From the NCBI GenBank assembly GCA_963666835.2, contig CAXXGO010000003.1:512001-576000 (forward strand): DNA of 64,000 nt, in the 5' to 3' direction. A program made the position numbers and the translations under genes. The stretch's first letter is position 1, and each line of letters begins with the position of its first letter. Origin of the DNA: Phycisphaerae bacterium (GTDB lineage: Bacteria > Planctomycetota > Phycisphaerae > UBA1845). This document shows positions 35,562 through 44,833 of this stretch, piece by piece. The notes under the pieces were generated by a model. It was not told where the DNA came from. It ran no database searches and saw nothing but the letters and a program-made list of their open reading frames with translations.

Positions 35562-38159
35562 TTATCGCGGACTGCTCATGTGGTCGGTGTAGATGCCGTA
35601 GTCCGACAGGTCGATGTCTATATCCTCATCGAAATCAAACTTCAGCCAATAGTCCTGGATGGGTTCTTCGTACTGGACCCAGTCCTTGCTGCCGCTGAAC
35701 CCGATCTGCATGACGGCAAAATCCCGCATATCGAGATCACCGTCATCGTCGAAGTCTCCGATCAGACACCCCTGGCGACAAGGATCTGCAAGGCAATCCG
35801 GTACACCGTTCTGCGTCACGCACAGGTCCAGCGGGTAGTCCTGTAGACAGTAGCTCCCGTTATTCCAACAGCACTCTCCTGACGGCGGGCAGTAACACAC
35901 CGCCCCCGGAGTTGTCAACGGGCAGAGATCCGAACAGTCATCGAGCCCGTCACCGTCGGTATCCGCAGGCGGCACGCAATCATCGGGAATCCCGTTGCCG
36001 TCGCAGTCGGCCTCACAGCCGTCCGGGACCGTGTTGCTATTGCAGTCCTGGCACCACAGCGATTCATCACAGTCCTGAATGTCACATTCATCCGCAATGT
36101 CATTACCGTTGCAGTCGGGCTCGCACTCGTCCGGAACGACATTGTCGTTACAGTCGATACTGCCGCCACAAGGCGGCTCACAGCCATCTGCATTGCAGTC
36201 AACATCACACTGGTCCGCAATACCGTTCCGGTTGCAGTCGATCAGAGCGAGTTTCGGCCCGATGCTCACCCCCGTCACCTCGGTCGGCGATCCCGGCTTG
36301 AACAGGCCCACCGTGATTGTAGTCGAAGCGGGTTCCACGTTGGCGTCAAAATAGAAACTGTACAGCGTGCTGAAACGCAAGGCATTGGCGTTGGGATTCT
36401 CAGCGTAGGTCTCGGTCGACCAGGTGAGCACACCGTCTCCTTCAACACCGAGCCAATCTTCATTGCTATATACCTCGCCACTGTGATAGTCCACATCATG
36501 AAATGTGATGTTCGACAGCACCGCACCATCGGGAAGCGGTACGCTGAATGAACCTGCCGCCCGATCGGAGTTGAGATTCTGCAGAGCGTAAGAGTAGCGA
36601 TACTCGCCGGTTCCGAGATCCACGGCCTTGGCGGCCAGAATCAGAAGCCCTTCACCCGGAATCTGCAAGTCGGTCTCGACTACGTCAGGGTCATTATCCT
36701 GCCACGCGCGCACTGCAGGCTGCTCCCGGTGCGTCTGGCCCGATGGAGTCACCACAAACTCGTGCGTACTCGGCTTGCTCAACGTGGCAGGACGGTACGA
36801 GGCATTGTTGAAATGGTTTCCGACCAGAGCGTCACCCGGGGTCACGTAATGGCCTTGTAGGAAATAGGACGCACCGGGGTTGAGGTCAGGATCGAGATCG
36901 CTCTCATGAACTTGCAGACGTTTGCCGACCGTCGGCTCCGGATCAGGCGCGGTCCACGGATACGGGAAGTACCCGGTGAATGCGTTTACGTCTGACCGCC
37001 GACTCATGTTGCTCTGAACGCCGTTGAGCGATGCGGCGTACGGGTCAGAGCAGCCTACGCCCAGCGCACTTCCGTCGGTCGGATCCTCACACCCGTCCGG
37101 CCAGTACCCGCAGAAGTTCCAGGAGACGGCGTAGAAACCGTGTTTGACCCAGCTCATTCCAATCTGCTCGAAACGGTTGTCTTTGAGCCGGTACATGTTC
37201 TGCACGATGACCGGATGCTGGTTGGTGTATGACACCCAGCTTGCCCGAACGTCCCCGAGGTTGCAGGCATGCGTACCGATAGCGTACGCGTGAATGTCTT
37301 CGTAGTCTCCGCTGCCGTGCCCGTAGTACTCAACAGTTTGCAGATCGGCGACGATAACGTCTGGCCCACTGGCGCTGGCTACTCCACCTCTGGGCACCGC
37401 CAACTCCTCGAAGGTCGGCCCCGCGTCTACCGCATCCTCCGGCGAAGCGGGCATGGCAACACCGTCAACACGCAACGAACCGATCTCGACGCCGGCTGCC
37501 TCGTGGATTCCGGATTCCATTGCCCACGCTTCGTTGACAAGAAGATCGCCGATGATGCTGAGTTCCTGCGTCGCCGCCACGAAATCCACCATTACCGACA
37601 AGAGCCCGAAGGACGCGTATTCCCCTCTCTCCGCGTCGAGTGTGCTCAACACGCGGTAGGCGCCGGACTTGTCAGCAACCAGCGCCAGGTTCCCGATTAC
37701 GACACGATCGCCGGACTTGTCCAAAAGGAACGCCCCGCTTGTCTGGATCCTGCCGCCGATAATGCCGCGAAACGCCTTGCCGGTCGCGTCAATCTGCAGT
37801 GTCGAGTCCGGCTCTATGTTGAATGACACGTGGTGACCATCACTGCTCTCTTCAACCGCCCCGCGAGCCACAAACCCCAAACCCAACTCCTGCAAGGTAA
37901 CTGGGTTAAAATCGAATCTTACCGTTCCTCCGCGGACAACATAACGAGCCGTCTCCGCCGTCGCGGTCTGGGTATCGATGCCCCGCCCCCCCGCGGACCG
38001 CGGCTTCGCCGCCGCGCTCTGCAAGGTCGGTTTGCTCCGGCTCAGCCCCGCCAACTCGTCTTTTAGCTGTTTCGCGCCACCGGGTGACGCCTGCCACACC
38101 CAAACCCCAACCGCCAGGACACCAATAACTACGCCAGCCAAAGCCAAACGCCGCGTCAT
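35562..38159 (-). CDS. Secreted/anchored Cys-rich protein, paralog A, with an extra N-terminal beta-rich domain
   Basis: Same AGGAGCGATGT pre-start sequence as paralog B; collinear with it from GPDVIVADLQ to HMSSPR; QIGMSWVKHGFYA motif. Confidence 0.87.
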   Translation of the reverse strand: MTRRLALAGVVIGVLAVGVWVWQASPGGAKQLKDELAGLSRSKPTLQSAAAKPRSAGGRGIDTQTATAETARYVVRGGTVRFDFNPVTLQELGLGFVARGAVEESSDGHHVSFNIEPDSTLQIDATGKAFRGIIGGRIQTSGAFLLDKSGDRVVIGNLALVADKSGAYRVLSTLDAERGEYASFGLLSVMVDFVAATQELSIIGDLLVNEAWAMESGIHEAAGVEIGSLRVDGVAMPASPEDAVDAGPTFEELAVPRGGVASASGPDVIVADLQTVEYYGHGSGDYEDIHAYAIGTHACNLGDVRASWVSYTNQHPVIVQNMYRLKDNRFEQIGMSWVKHGFYAVSWNFCGYWPDGCEDPTDGSALGVGCSDPYAASLNGVQSNMSRRSDVNAFTGYFPYPWTAPDPEPTVGKRLQVHESDLDPDLNPGASYFLQGHYVTPGDALVGNHFNNASYRPATLSKPSTHEFVVTPSGQTHREQPAVRAWQDNDPDVVETDLQIPGEGLLILAAKAVDLGTGEYRYSYALQNLNSDRAAGSFSVPLPDGAVLSNITFHDVDYHSGEVYSNEDWLGVEGDGVLTWSTETYAENPNANALRFSTLYSFYFDANVEPASTTITVGLFKPGSPTEVTGVSIGPKLALIDCNRNGIADQCDVDCNADGCEPPCGGSIDCNDNVVPDECEPDCNGNDIADECDIQDCDESLWCQDCNSNTVPDGCEADCDGNGIPDDCVPPADTDGDGLDDCSDLCPLTTPGAVCYCPPSGECCWNNGSYCLQDYPLDLCVTQNGVPDCLADPCRQGCLIGDFDDDGDLDMRDFAVMQIGFSGSKDWVQYEEPIQDYWLKFDFDEDIDIDLSDYGIYTDHMSSPR

Positions 38160-38757
38160 GACATCGCTCCTTGTGGCGTCATAAGCCGACGCCGCCAATC
38201 TCAGTGCGCCCTTCTTACCCTCGCGTGATCTCGCTCCGCCTTGCGCTCGAGTCGTGCATCAGAACCATAACCCGTAGTCCCAGCCGAAACCCAACTGCAA
38301 ACTCGGCGTTACAACTGCGGAACACCTGCAGCAACCGGTCCAACGTACCAACTTCCGGATCGGCCCATTCTCCGGCCCTACGCACCCACACCCAACTGAT
38401 TCTTCGGCATAACTGCCGGCTACCGCCCAGCCAACGGCACGAGATGGGAACGGGGAGAAATAGCTCCGCCCCACTCGCGAAGCAGCCCACCCGGGTGTTC
38501 TTGCCAAACTACAACCAATAATAACAGTATTTACAGGTTTTCGCAACGATGATCCGCTCGCCCCACCTCGGCAAGCCTAATCTTGTCACCCTGCCGTCGG
38601 TGTCGCCCACGACCGCCTCGGTACCACCCTGTTCGTTATTATAGGACTATCCCCCAGCGCCCCCGTTCGCAGATCCGTCCGGTCCTCACCTTAATGTGCC
38701 GACGGCGAGCGACACGCGAAAACCACACGGTGCGTGCCTGGCGCACCTGGGTCAAGC

Positions 38758-39423
38758 TCAGCTCAGCGGAAGGGGCAAAAGGCCGGCTCGCACCATGTCG
38801 TCTGCTCCCGACGCCAACGAATCCAAGAACCCGCTCAGATTCGCGTAGACCACGTCGGCGCCGGCTTGGTGAAGCCGCGCGGCGGCACAGACTCCACCGC
38901 TAATCCCGACCGTGAACAACCCGGCCTCTTGCGCGGCACGGACCACCGAATCAGTGGCTGCCAGGACTATGCAACGCGGGTCGCCCGCTCCGAGCACTTT
39001 GAGTTCGCCCGGCCTGCGTCTGGGGTCCGCGTTCAACTGTTCGAACTCTCCGCAATCCGCCAGCGCCGCCCGTTCCAGGACCTGGATCCGCCCCGGTTTA
39101 TTAGATCCCAGCGTAAGCAGGCATTTCGCCCCATAATTGGCAAGTGCCTGCACTATGTTGCCTGCCTGATCCTGCAGCTTGGCCAATGCTACGGAGGCAT
39201 CATCCTCAACTTGCCGATCGTATTGCAGGAAGTACTGCTTTAGCTTGGTGGGTTTAGCCCCACGCAGCAGATCTGCCGCTCTTCCCTTCGTTCGCGTTAT
39301 CCGCCAGAAAGACCGTTCGTCCAGGCACGACCAGCCGACTGCGCGTGCGGCCTCCTGGTGCGCGCGGAAGTGCATTGCTGCGACATCAGCCACCGGCCCG
39401 TCAAACTCCAATAGAAACCTCAC
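38758..39423 (-). CDS. HAD-fold protein with degenerate catalytic motifs
   Basis: LLEFDGPVAD (motif I variant), AAQEAGLFTVGISGG, LHQAGADVV typical of Gph-like HADs. Confidence 0.7.
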   Translation of the reverse strand: MRFLLEFDGPVADVAAMHFRAHQEAARAVGWSCLDERSFWRITRTKGRAADLLRGAKPTKLKQYFLQYDRQVEDDASVALAKLQDQAGNIVQALANYGAKCLLTLGSNKPGRIQVLERAALADCGEFEQLNADPRRRPGELKVLGAGDPRCIVLAATDSVVRAAQEAGLFTVGISGGVCAAARLHQAGADVVYANLSGFLDSLASGADDMVRAGLLPLPLS

Positions 39424-39525
39424 CCGGCCTCTCCCTTTCTTCGTCTCGGAATCCGCCGGAAGGGTATCGCCAAGCCCGCGATGTCGCCAACATGTTCTCG
39501 GAAGCTCAACCTTGCAGGAGGGCGC

Positions 39526-39559
39526 AAAAACAGGGGCAACCCCACCGGGCTGCCCCTTG
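39526..39559 (-). terminator. Intrinsic terminator downstream of the basic protein gene
   Basis: Minus strand AGGGGCAGCCC-GGTG-GGGTTGCCCCT-GTTTTT. Confidence 0.75.
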
Positions 39560-39625
39560 ATGATTCGCTGGAAGGCTGACTGCCTCGGCGGGCACGCCTT
39601 CAGCTTCTACGGTGCTTTGCGAGTG

Positions 39626-40135
39626 CTACTTCGGGAAATTGAAGGTCTTGCCCTTCCACGTAGGCGACGTCGCAACCATGTAGGAACCACTCTTGGTCCG
39701 CGCGACGGCCTTAATCGTGTTCTTTCCGAACTTCGCATCCAGGACGTTCTTGCACGCCGCCGTGGTGCAGCTCTGAGGATTGAAGTTCTTGTGAGCCATG
39801 CGCGCCCACCGCATTAGCTGAGCCCGCGTGCAGGTCTGCACGACCGCGCCCTTGTTGATCCAATTCGCGAACGTATTCAACGTTGCGGGAGTCGGACGCG
39901 AGTACTTGGCCGGACCGCGAGTCTGATTGTACAGCGTCCGGTAAGAGTTAATCTTGGTGTTGAACGTATCATACACGGTCTTGTACTTCGAGGGGACGGC
40001 CGTCATCTTGGCCGTCTGCGTACGATTAGTCGTGGTGTGGCTCGTCCGCGTTCGTGAATAGGTGTTCCGTTTCCCCGTCGTCGTGGTCCTGCCCCGCGAC
40101 GTCCAACCGCTTCGTCCTCTTGTATTCGTTGCCAT
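39626..40135 (-). CDS. Small, very basic Thr/Arg/Lys-rich hypothetical protein
   Basis: GGAGA RBS before ATG 40135, own terminator, about 30 K+R versus 2 acidic residues in 169 aa. Confidence 0.8.
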   Translation of the reverse strand: MATNTRGRSGWTSRGRTTTTGKRNTYSRTRTSHTTTNRTQTAKMTAVPSKYKTVYDTFNTKINSYRTLYNQTRGPAKYSRPTPATLNTFANWINKGAVVQTCTRAQLMRWARMAHKNFNPQSCTTAACKNVLDAKFGKNTIKAVARTKSGSYMVATSPTWKGKTFNFPK

Positions 40136-40601
40136 TGGCTGTGTCTCCAAAAGTACACGCTACAGTCTTAATACCGACGTTGGCGTACATCGGAACAGAC
40201 CGGGGGGCTCTTGAGGTATTGGCGTAATCTACCCGCTGATCAGATCGCGATCTGCGCTGCCCATCCGCCGTCCAGCAGCCCAATGCGCCGGCCGCAAAGG
40301 CTCGGCGCAGTTTCGCGGGTGGCGCAGATTAACGCTTAAAACAAGTGGTTTCTGCGCATCAAGCCCGTCGAGGTTCGGTCGCCGCGACGCCCAGAAGCCA
40401 ACGCTTGCGAGCTAATCACCGCCGAAACAACTTCGAAAAAAAAAGATCTGCCCATCGATTTTTTCTCGGGAAAAGCGGTCGAAACAGGCGAATCGGAGAA
40501 TGCGGGCCAGTCGTCCGTCACCTACCCCGAAGCGTAGCGACGACCGATCATTCGCGCGATCGAGCGGCCCTCGCGCAAATCGCAGATACCACCGATACTC
40601 A

Positions 40602-41177
40602 CTATCCACCCAGCAGCGAATCGTGCTCCCGGAGTGCCTTGATTGCTTCGAACAGGCGAGACTTCACCACCGACTCGGATAGTTCGAGAATCTCCGCGAT
40701 TTCAGCCCGAGATAAGGCCTCGACATACCGCAACCGCAGCACCTCTCGTTGCGTATCCGGGAGTCTGCCGACCAACTCGGTGATCCGGCACCTCATCTCG
40801 CTCCGCACCAGTCTGGTGAGGTTGCCGGTCATGGTTGCCTCAACCTGGGAGGCGGCGGGCAATTCCTGCCGGTCTTTCCGGCGCCCCTTCGTCCGAATGA
40901 TGTTGAGGCATTGGTTTCGAGCTATCTTGTATAGCCAAGGTCTGAACCTCTCCGGCGCCCGCCCCGCCGTAAGGACCTTGTACCAAATGTCCTGGATCGC
41001 GTCCTCAGCCTCCTCCATGCTACCGAGATAGCCCCAGCAGAACCGCAAAAGGGACTCGCGATAGGCAGCATCTAACAGTTCGGCCGCCGCGGTGACGTCG
41101 CCGCCTCGCAGAGCCCGTACCAGCGCACCGGTTTGGTCCGTTTCTCGCTCCTGACGGTCGGGCCTCTCCTGATCCAC
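40602..41177 (-). CDS. ECF RNA polymerase sigma factor
   Basis: EEAEDAIQDIW, FRPWLYKIARNQCLN (region 2); LPDTQREVLRLRY..LSRAEIAEIL..SVVKSRLFEA (region 4); GTG 41177 follows GGAGGAG. Confidence 0.92.
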   Translation of the reverse strand: MDQERPDRQERETDQTGALVRALRGGDVTAAAELLDAAYRESLLRFCWGYLGSMEEAEDAIQDIWYKVLTAGRAPERFRPWLYKIARNQCLNIIRTKGRRKDRQELPAASQVEATMTGNLTRLVRSEMRCRITELVGRLPDTQREVLRLRYVEALSRAEIAEILELSESVVKSRLFEAIKALREHDSLLGG

Positions 41178-41349
41178 ACGCTCCTCCGCGATGCCGCCGC
41201 TACTGCCGAGCCCCGTTAACCACCACACCTGAACGAAGCTCCCGTTCCTCAGAATTCTCGGAAGTTCTGCAGGTTGTCAAGTCGGAGTCGTGATTCTTTG
41301 CAGGATCCTGCGGCTTGTTTGCGTGGTCGGCTTGGTCCTATTCGCCCGG

Positions 41350-43065
41350 CTATACCGAATCAGCGCCGATTTCTGCCGGCAGACCCGGCACATCCTCCTC
41401 GCGCCCTTCGGCGGGTGGCTTCTGCGACCCACTCGGAGCAGGTGAAGCTCCTTCAGGCGTGGTCACCTTCGCACTTTGAAGCTCCTCCAGGTCCGCCAGC
41501 TCCACATTGATCTCCTCCACCACCTCCGGGACGTTCCAGAAGGAGGGGCCGTACAGAATCCGAAGTGCCCGAAGGGCCTCACCGCGTTCCGCAAACCACC
41601 GCTCCTCTTTGCTACTTACGAACGCCTCCAGGGCATTCTCAAGGTCGTCTTCAGCAGCTTCCAAAGTCTCGTCCGAAACCTCATCTTCTTTCGAGGCCAT
41701 CGCCCGCTCTATGACGAGGAGCCCGCGGTTCAATAGCGCGACCCCGAAATGTCGAGGGTCCGTTCGCCCAACGCGGCGGAGGGTCTGGATCGACCGTGTG
41801 TAGAACGGCTCGGCCTCATCCAGCTTCCCCTGATCGTGCAGACTTCGAGCAAGCCTGACCTGCATGACCGCATATTTGAGATCACTCATGTTCGCGAGAT
41901 CGCCTTCACGGTCCTGGAATTCCCGCGCGGTCTCGTTCACCCAGAGTATCGAGGCACCCACCACCATGAACATCGCTGCGGTCACAGCAAAGACGGCCTT
42001 GTGCCGTATGACCATCTTGCGAAGCCGATAAAGGACCCCGGCTCGCCTGGCGAGGATCGGCTGATCAGTCAGATAACGTCCGATGTCCTCCGCCAAAGCC
42101 GCGGCGCTCTGGTACCTCCGGCCGCGTTCCTTCTCCAGCGCCTTTAGAGATATGGTATCCAAGTCCCCGCGGAGGCTCCGGTCTACCGACGACGGCCTTC
42201 GGGGCGGCTCTTCGCAGATTGTCTTGATAGCCTCCGGGAGCACGGCACGGCTAACGGTGTACGGCAACCTCCCCGTGATCATCTCGAAGAAGATCACTCC
42301 CAAGGCGTAAACATCACTTCGAACGTCGATCTCATCCGGATTCCCGCGGGCCTCCTCGGGACTCATGTACGGCAGTGTTCCCCGAATCTGCCCGATCTCG
42401 GTCCCGCTGATCGTCATCCCGTCTCCAGGCTCTCCAATCCGGGCCAATCCAAAATCCAGGATCTTGGGGTTCCCTTCGGCATCGATGAGGATATTGGACG
42501 GTTTGAGATCTCGGTGGATTACCCCGCGCAGGTGCGCGTAGTGAATCGCCTCGCATACTCTCTGGAACATCTTAAGGTACTCACGGCGGGGCAGCTCCCC
42601 GGCTCGCACGTACTCATCCAGCCGTACGCCCTGCACAAGCTCCATAGCGAAGAAATGTTGCCCGTCCCCTGTGCAGCCGGCGTCGTAGATCGCCGCGATC
42701 GCGGGGTGTTTCAAGCGGGCAAGCGTCTGTACTTCTCGCTGAAAGAGTTTAACGTGGTACTCGTCAACGAACTCCCCGCCTCGGACCACTTTCACCGCCA
42801 CCCGACGGTGAGGAGTTTGCTGCTGCCCCTCGTACACGATTCCCATGCCGCCTGCCCCCAGGCAACGATGGATGACGTAAGGTCCGATGTTACCCGGCAT
42901 CGGCGGACTTGCCGGAAGCGATGTGGCACGTACCGCGTCAATCGTGGTGCGAAACTGCGCGGCCCGCTCACGACACTCAGAGCACTTGGTTAAATGCTCT
43001 TCGATTTCCGGTGAGTTTCGGTCAATACCGCTCCAGAGCTCTTCTTCGGAGATATCGCAGCCCAT
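41350..43065 (-). CDS. Membrane Ser/Thr protein kinase with N-terminal ZAS-type zinc finger and C-terminal TPR
   Basis: EEHLTKCSEC (HxxxCxxC); LGAGGMG, VAVK, HRDLKPSN, DFG, GTLPYMSPE, DVYALG; one TM; HDQGKLDEAEPFY TPR. Confidence 0.93.
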   Translation of the reverse strand: MGCDISEEELWSGIDRNSPEIEEHLTKCSECRERAAQFRTTIDAVRATSLPASPPMPGNIGPYVIHRCLGAGGMGIVYEGQQQTPHRRVAVKVVRGGEFVDEYHVKLFQREVQTLARLKHPAIAAIYDAGCTGDGQHFFAMELVQGVRLDEYVRAGELPRREYLKMFQRVCEAIHYAHLRGVIHRDLKPSNILIDAEGNPKILDFGLARIGEPGDGMTISGTEIGQIRGTLPYMSPEEARGNPDEIDVRSDVYALGVIFFEMITGRLPYTVSRAVLPEAIKTICEEPPRRPSSVDRSLRGDLDTISLKALEKERGRRYQSAAALAEDIGRYLTDQPILARRAGVLYRLRKMVIRHKAVFAVTAAMFMVVGASILWVNETAREFQDREGDLANMSDLKYAVMQVRLARSLHDQGKLDEAEPFYTRSIQTLRRVGRTDPRHFGVALLNRGLLVIERAMASKEDEVSDETLEAAEDDLENALEAFVSSKEERWFAERGEALRALRILYGPSFWNVPEVVEEINVELADLEELQSAKVTTPEGASPAPSGSQKPPAEGREEDVPGLPAEIGADSV

Positions 43066-43510
43066 CACTACCCTCACGAGCATGGTGAGGCCGGAACCTC
43101 GCCGGCCCGGCTCTCCACCCACCTCGAAAGCCCCCTTCACCACATCTTAACGCGTTCGAATCCGCGCCGAGCAGTATCCGGCAACAAATATTCTGTTTTT
43201 TGTCCGTCGTTTCGTCTCCGGCGGTGTTGTAACAGATGGATACGGGGATTCTGACCGGTTGTTCGAGTTTCGCCCGGCTGGCAGCCAACCGTTTGAGTTC
43301 GCCTTGGGGATAGGACACGGTGGTCGTTAGATCGCCGGTTTTGCATGGTTGCCCGCCAGACGTCGGATGGGGCGGCGAGTGTTGACTATTGCACGGTTGT
43401 GTCGTTTGTGATGTAATGCGGAAGTTCGGACACTGATCTGAAGTGTCTGAGCCGGATCGCAGGGATTCGCGGTGCAGAGCACCCGAAATTACTTCAGAGG
43501 GACTGTTGTC

Positions 43511-44644
43511 ATGACTAGCATATTTGGACAAGGGCGTCGGCGTAACGGCCACCCGGCCGGGTTCACGCTTATCGAACTGTTGGTGGTAATCGCCATCATC
43601 GCGCTGCTGATTTCGATTCTGCTTCCGTCGCTTGAGGCGGCGCGACGGCAATCGAAGCAGTCGGCTTGCCTGTCGCATATCAAGAACATCGCGACCAGCA
43701 GCCGAGTGTACGAGGCGGATGATCCCAATGGCTGGGGCATTCCGGTGCACCCCCTCACGTACTGGCAGGATCCGAATGATCCTAGCTTCATCGGGGCGTA
43801 CGAGTGGGGCGGGAAGTCCGGGATCGGTTCAGAGGGCTTCTGCATTGGACCGTCAGGTCAGTACGCGTTCCTCACCAGCAAGTACGGGACGAAGGCCGGG
43901 TTCGGCCCGGCAACGCGGCCGATGAATGACATCTTGTACCCCGCGGGCTTCAAGGACAACCTCCATACCCCAACGGGGTGGATCCGTCAGGGCTGCATTG
44001 ACGACACGAAGCTGGATCTCTCGTTGTTCAGTTGTCCGGCAGACGAAGGCCCGCCGCGTGGTGCGCATTGCCCGACCTGGATTGCTCATAGCGAGCGGTC
44101 CTCGTACGACCACTTCGGCACCAGCTTTGCGGCCAACCTCTTCATGACGTCGTTCGTTGGTGGTGGCCCGGTTTATAGTAACTCGCCATACATGCGCCCG
44201 ACGTCTCGCGTACCCACGCCGGCTCGGACGCTGTACTACGAGGAGAACATTGGTCGCTGGGCGTGGTGCTGCAAGAACGAGAAGCCTGACTGCGAGAGCA
44301 CGATTCCGGGACTTGCGATCGATCCAGGACCAACCAAGGTCATCACCGGCTGGCACGGCAAGAACTGGACGTTCAACCGCGCGTTTGTTGATGGCCACGC
44401 TGAAAACCAGCGTATCTTGATCGAAGGGACGGAGGATTCGGCAGGTTACTCGGAGCACTACCGGACCGAGGTGGTCTGGCCCGACGACGAAGAACAGCAG
44501 GCCCGCTCGGTCTGCATCATCGTCCGAGGTCCGGGCTGGCAAAAAGACACCCTGCCTGCGGAGTCGATCTACACTGGGCTGACGTTTAATGGTGACGGGC
44601 GCTACTCCTTCGACAGATGTGTCGGCGACGGCGCCATATATTAG
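43511..44644 (+). CDS. Prepilin-type N-terminal cleavage/methylation protein with H-X9-DG motif (planctomycete DUF1559-like)
   Basis: [57 protein letters not shown]. Confidence 0.92.
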   Translation: MTSIFGQGRRRNGHPAGFTLIELLVVIAIIALLISILLPSLEAARRQSKQSACLSHIKNIATSSRVYEADDPNGWGIPVHPLTYWQDPNDPSFIGAYEWGGKSGIGSEGFCIGPSGQYAFLTSKYGTKAGFGPATRPMNDILYPAGFKDNLHTPTGWIRQGCIDDTKLDLSLFSCPADEGPPRGAHCPTWIAHSERSSYDHFGTSFAANLFMTSFVGGGPVYSNSPYMRPTSRVPTPARTLYYEENIGRWAWCCKNEKPDCESTIPGLAIDPGPTKVITGWHGKNWTFNRAFVDGHAENQRILIEGTEDSAGYSEHYRTEVVWPDDEEQQARSVCIIVRGPGWQKDTLPAESIYTGLTFNGDGRYSFDRCVGDGAIY

Positions 44645-44729
44645 GTGCTTCGCCGCATGGGGTTGGGTGAAATCGGAGGCAGAGGTAATCCGACGACGAC
44701 CTCACAAGGCAGGCTCTGAATGACATTAC

Positions 44730-44770
44730 GAAGGCTGTCGGCGTTTGGCCGGCAGCCTTCTCCTTTTTTC
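44730..44770 (+). terminator. Intrinsic terminator
   Basis: GAAGGCTGTCGGC-GTTTG-GCCGGCAGCCTTC followed by TCCTTTTTT. Confidence 0.7.
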
Positions 44771-44833
44771 GCTCGGCTGCGCACACTGGCCGCCGTAGAT
44801 CAAACGCCTGAGCCGAAACCAACTGAGCTAGCA

